This document shows, piece after piece, positions 60,828-64,000 of a DNA stretch of 64,000 bases. Made by a program: the position numbers and the translations under genes. Where the stretch lies: contig ML992504.1 in the NCBI GenBank assembly GCA_010093995.1, positions 1,601,394 to 1,665,393 on the forward strand, read 5' to 3'. Each line of letters begins with the position of its first letter. Within the stretch, counting starts at the first letter, position 1. The DNA is from Elsinoe ampelina (taxonomy: Eukaryota). The notes below the pieces were generated by a model. It did no database searches and was not told the DNA's origin. It worked only from the letters and a program-made list of their open reading frames with translations.

Positions 60828-62126
60828 TCAAGCCTGCACACTCATCTCCCTCACCACCCCTTCCATCCCCCCGCCCCCTCCCCCTCCCACCCCCTCAACC
60901 TCACTGCCCCTCCTCCCCCCTCCACCATCCACACTCCCTCTCTCCCTCCCCTGCCCTTGCCCCTGCCCCTGCCCCGTCACCATCACCGTCGGCCCCGTCC
61001 CCGTCACAGGGGCAGGCGCGAACAACCCCCCACCCCTTCCCCCAAGAGCATTCCCCAACATCTCCTTGAGACGGACATAGTTGTATTTCCTCCGCAACGG
61101 GACGAGTTGAGGCTGGAACAAAGGCCGGGGGCGCGAGCGCGCGATGGCGGCGAGGACGTGTTCTTTCTCTTCGTCCGAGTCGATGGGGCCTTCCGGGGCG
61201 TCGTCGAGGGGGAGGGAGGCGGATTCCATCGCTGCTTCTGCTCATCGTCAGCGTCCTGTCAGGGGGAGGGGAGGGAATAGAGAGACGTACTCTGCAGCTT
61301 GGCCTGGTTTTTACGTTGGTACTCGGCGAGCAACTTGTCGTACGGCGCCGACCGGCCTGGCACCGCTCGTTTGGCGCCCATGCTGTGGCTTTTGCACGTG
61401 AGACTGCGCGCGCATTGTCCGCCCTGGGGCAGCTCGACGCCGCATTGCCGCTCCACGTCCACGGGGGCTTTGACTTTGACCTTTGCCTTGGGTTCTTCCT
61501 TTTTCTTTTTCTTCTTCGGCCCTTCGTCGGCGCCGGCTTCGATCTTGCGCTTCTTCCCCGCTTGACCGGTTGTTTTGCTCGTCTTTTTGCAGCCGGACAT
61601 GCCTTCTGGTGGACCTTCATCTTCGGAGGATGACGAGGAGGAGACGCCCCCTCGTTCGGCTTTGCGGGCGGCGGCGTCGCGGGCGTCTTTGGCTTCTTTC
61701 TTCTTACGTTGTTTCTCTTGCTTCTTCGCTATGCATTGTTCGATGTGGCCCTTTGCGCGGTGGCGGAGGATAGCGCGTTTGCAGTGGTTGCACTTGATGA
61801 TGTCGGCGCGGTCGGAGAGAGGGTGACCGTGGGAGAAGGCGAGTGCTATCGGCGTGGAGGGGTCGGTGATCGGGGCGAGCGGCGGGGATGGAAGGGTAGT
61901 GGAGGCATCCCATGAGCCGGGTTTCGAGGTCTTGGGAGGTGCGGCGGAGGGTTTGAGCTTGAGTTTGAGCTTGGAGGAGTCTGGAATGGTGGATTCGAGA
62001 AGAGACTTGGGGAAGAAGCTGGCGGAGGGTTTCGAGGGAGGCACCGGCGCTGGAATGTGTCAGTATGCGAGTAATGAGGAAGACATCTGGTGACTAACTT
62101 TTGCGACTGGTGCCGTTCGGTGCCAT
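60828..62126 (-). CDS. SGF73: SAGA deubiquitination module subunit Sgf73 (SCA7 domain), 2 introns
   Basis: CNHCKRAIL...HIEQC zinc finger, PVDVERQCGVELPQGGQCARSLTCKSHSMGAKRAVPGRSAPYD, PIDSDEEK. Confidence 0.93.
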
Positions 62127-62769
62127 GTTGTCCTATCTAACCAATAGGATCACACCCGTGTAATTGCACCAGAAAGAAGATCAAGAACGCAACACGATGC
62201 CTTCAAGCGAATGAGAATCGAGTCGCGGCCTAGATTTCCGAGCACATGTCAACATGAGATGAGGTTGATGGCCGGGGAAGGCCGAGGTTCAGCCGATACC
62301 ACAATCTCACGTGCGTCCAATTCGATTCTGCTCACTTGTCTATTTCTTGAACGAACTACATATTGAAATTTTGCTTTCCTGGTCGACAGTCGTCGTATGC
62401 GTGGGCAGCATCTTACGCCCCACGTGCCCGGCTGTGGTGGGCATTCTCTGGAGCCTATCAGAAGATGCTACACGGAATGGAGTCGTTTTGCTTAAGCCAA
62501 CGAGTTCAGTGTTTGGAGCACGATGATCTCGGTATTCTTTCAAACAGACGGGCGGATTTCATGGGAGAGTTTCTGCGTGATGACATTGACGTGGCCGAAT
62601 GATGTGGCAGTATCAAAGGTTGGTGCTACCGTGTAACCACAACATTCGTTTTATTGGTTTGTAGCCGCCAGACACTGTGCAACCTCTCTTCTCACAGCAT
62701 CATTTAACAAGCATGGCGACTCAAAGACTTCTTCATCATCCGCGTGTCGTAGCACTGAGAAGGACCAAG

Positions 62770-64000
62770 ATGTCGAGTCCAATACCCTACTCGGAAGAGC
62801 CGTCAGATCTCGAGCTCGTTTCGCCGTCTGGTAGTACTTCTTCACCAGCTGGTAGTAATTCTCCTCCTGAAGATGACGAGATTCGAATGGACTCAGCCTC
62901 TTCTGTCTTTTCGTCCGACGAGGTACCGCAGATCCAACTCGAGCCTGACAACAACGATGACAATGGGCCGATTTCACAGACGGCCAGGATGGTATCAAGA
63001 GCCGTCGGCGCATTGCATGTGGGCCTGAGCCGAAAGATGGACCGGAAATTTAGGAAGATGGATAGAAAATGGGACAAGAAGTTCGACGGTGTCGAGATTG
63101 AAGTCAGAGATGTCAAGCTTGAGCTCAAAGACGTCAAGGTCGATGTCAGCAACCTGAAGGTTGAGATGGCCAATATCCGAGCTCACCGCCACAATGCTGG
63201 TATAGAGATGCCGTTCGAGAGGATTCATGATATCAGTCGTGCTATTCTCGATACGGCCGGTACCGCTGGGCGAGCGAGCCTGCCAGAATCAGTCATGCCG
63301 AGGAGGCTTGACACCTGGTGGCATGCACTACGTTAGTCCTTGGTATGGTGTATCGCTCCTCAAGCTGACGTTAATAGGTCATTCCGAGGACAGGGTCGAA
63401 AGGCTTGCTGAAATCCTCATGTTCTTCGACAGTGACTGGTACGCCCAGTATGGCATCGATGGTATCCATCAGGATGAGCTGGGTGCCATGAAGCAGGTCG
63501 CACGAATGTTCGGCCTTAATTGGCAAGTCATCAGGAAGAACATGGAAGAGAGGGATAAACAGCTCGAGCAAGACGCCATCAAGGCGCAAGAGGCTCGAGA
63601 ATTTGCAGCCAGACGCCCTCAACTTGAGGCCGAAGTGAGAGCTTTGACCGAGAGATTCATCCAGAACAGGAAACGGAGGAACTCGGAATCGGATTCCATC
63701 ATCGATGGACCTCGCAAGTATCAGCGCCTGGCTGGTACACCTGTCGTCCGACTCGGCAGACATCCGATCGGCCTTTTCGCTGGCATGCGCCAACTACCGC
63801 CTCGAGACTTCTGCGACACAGCAGCATTCTTGTGCGACACAGGTCCTCCCACTGGCTCTGGTAGGCTGAGCTGGAGAGCGCCGCGATCCGACGATACTCC
63901 CCCGCCACAACTCAAGTTCGATCCTGCAAAGCAATTGCCCAGCTTACATAGTGCTGCGAGTTACCAGTCAACAAAGTCAGGGCCCGAAGCACCACGAGAT
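62770..64000 (+). CDS. Hypothetical coiled-coil protein, runs off the window (intron ~63332-63378; start 62713 or 62770)
   Basis: Heptads VEIEVRDVKLELKDVKVDVSNLKVEM, then PRRLDTWWHAL/RHSEDRVERLAEILMFFD...ARMFGLNW. No stop seen before the window end. Confidence 0.7.

Noticed and set aside
13748..62126. Two SAGA subunits (SPT7, SGF73) and two ribosomal protein genes in one window as a functional cluster
   Set aside because: The SAGA genes are ~44 kb apart and the ribosomal genes ~14 kb apart, with unrelated genes between. This is compatible with chance.

Overview
Gene-dense eukaryotic DNA from a filamentous ascomycete. Evidence: short GT-AG introns of about 50 nt with CTRAC branch points, and Pezizomycotina-type proteins. 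A Dothideomycete is my guess and is not provable here. About 30 intron-containing genes are present. Most are housekeeping or common fungal genes: GH5 glucanase, CCT7, histone H1, MSS4, SPT7, VanZ-like, RPS26, CBS/PB1, myotubularin, RPS3, glycogenin, Zn-ADH, BCP1, Rieske RIP1, POA1-like macro domain, Git3/Gpr1-type GPCR and SGF73. Two accessory islands stand out. (1) At 21.8-30.2 kb, an alternating array A(-)B(+)A(-)B(+)A(-). A is a secretory-pathway protein consisting only of a degenerate Hsp70-like nucleotide-binding domain. B is a secreted SGNH hydrolase with a Kex2-flanked proline-rich insert. The unit was duplicated as a ~3.68 kb head-to-head pair and is a candidate effector/partner system. 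(2) At 38.3-43.9 kb, a patatin-NACHT-ankyrin NLR-like gene. Other oddities: a 271-codon in-frame continuation right after the SPT7 UAG stop, three possible glycogenin C-termini, a hairpin-bearing ~75 bp tandem repeat beside MSS4, and recurrent C-rich to G-rich strand-skew switches. All gene models were assembled by eye; no database searches were run.
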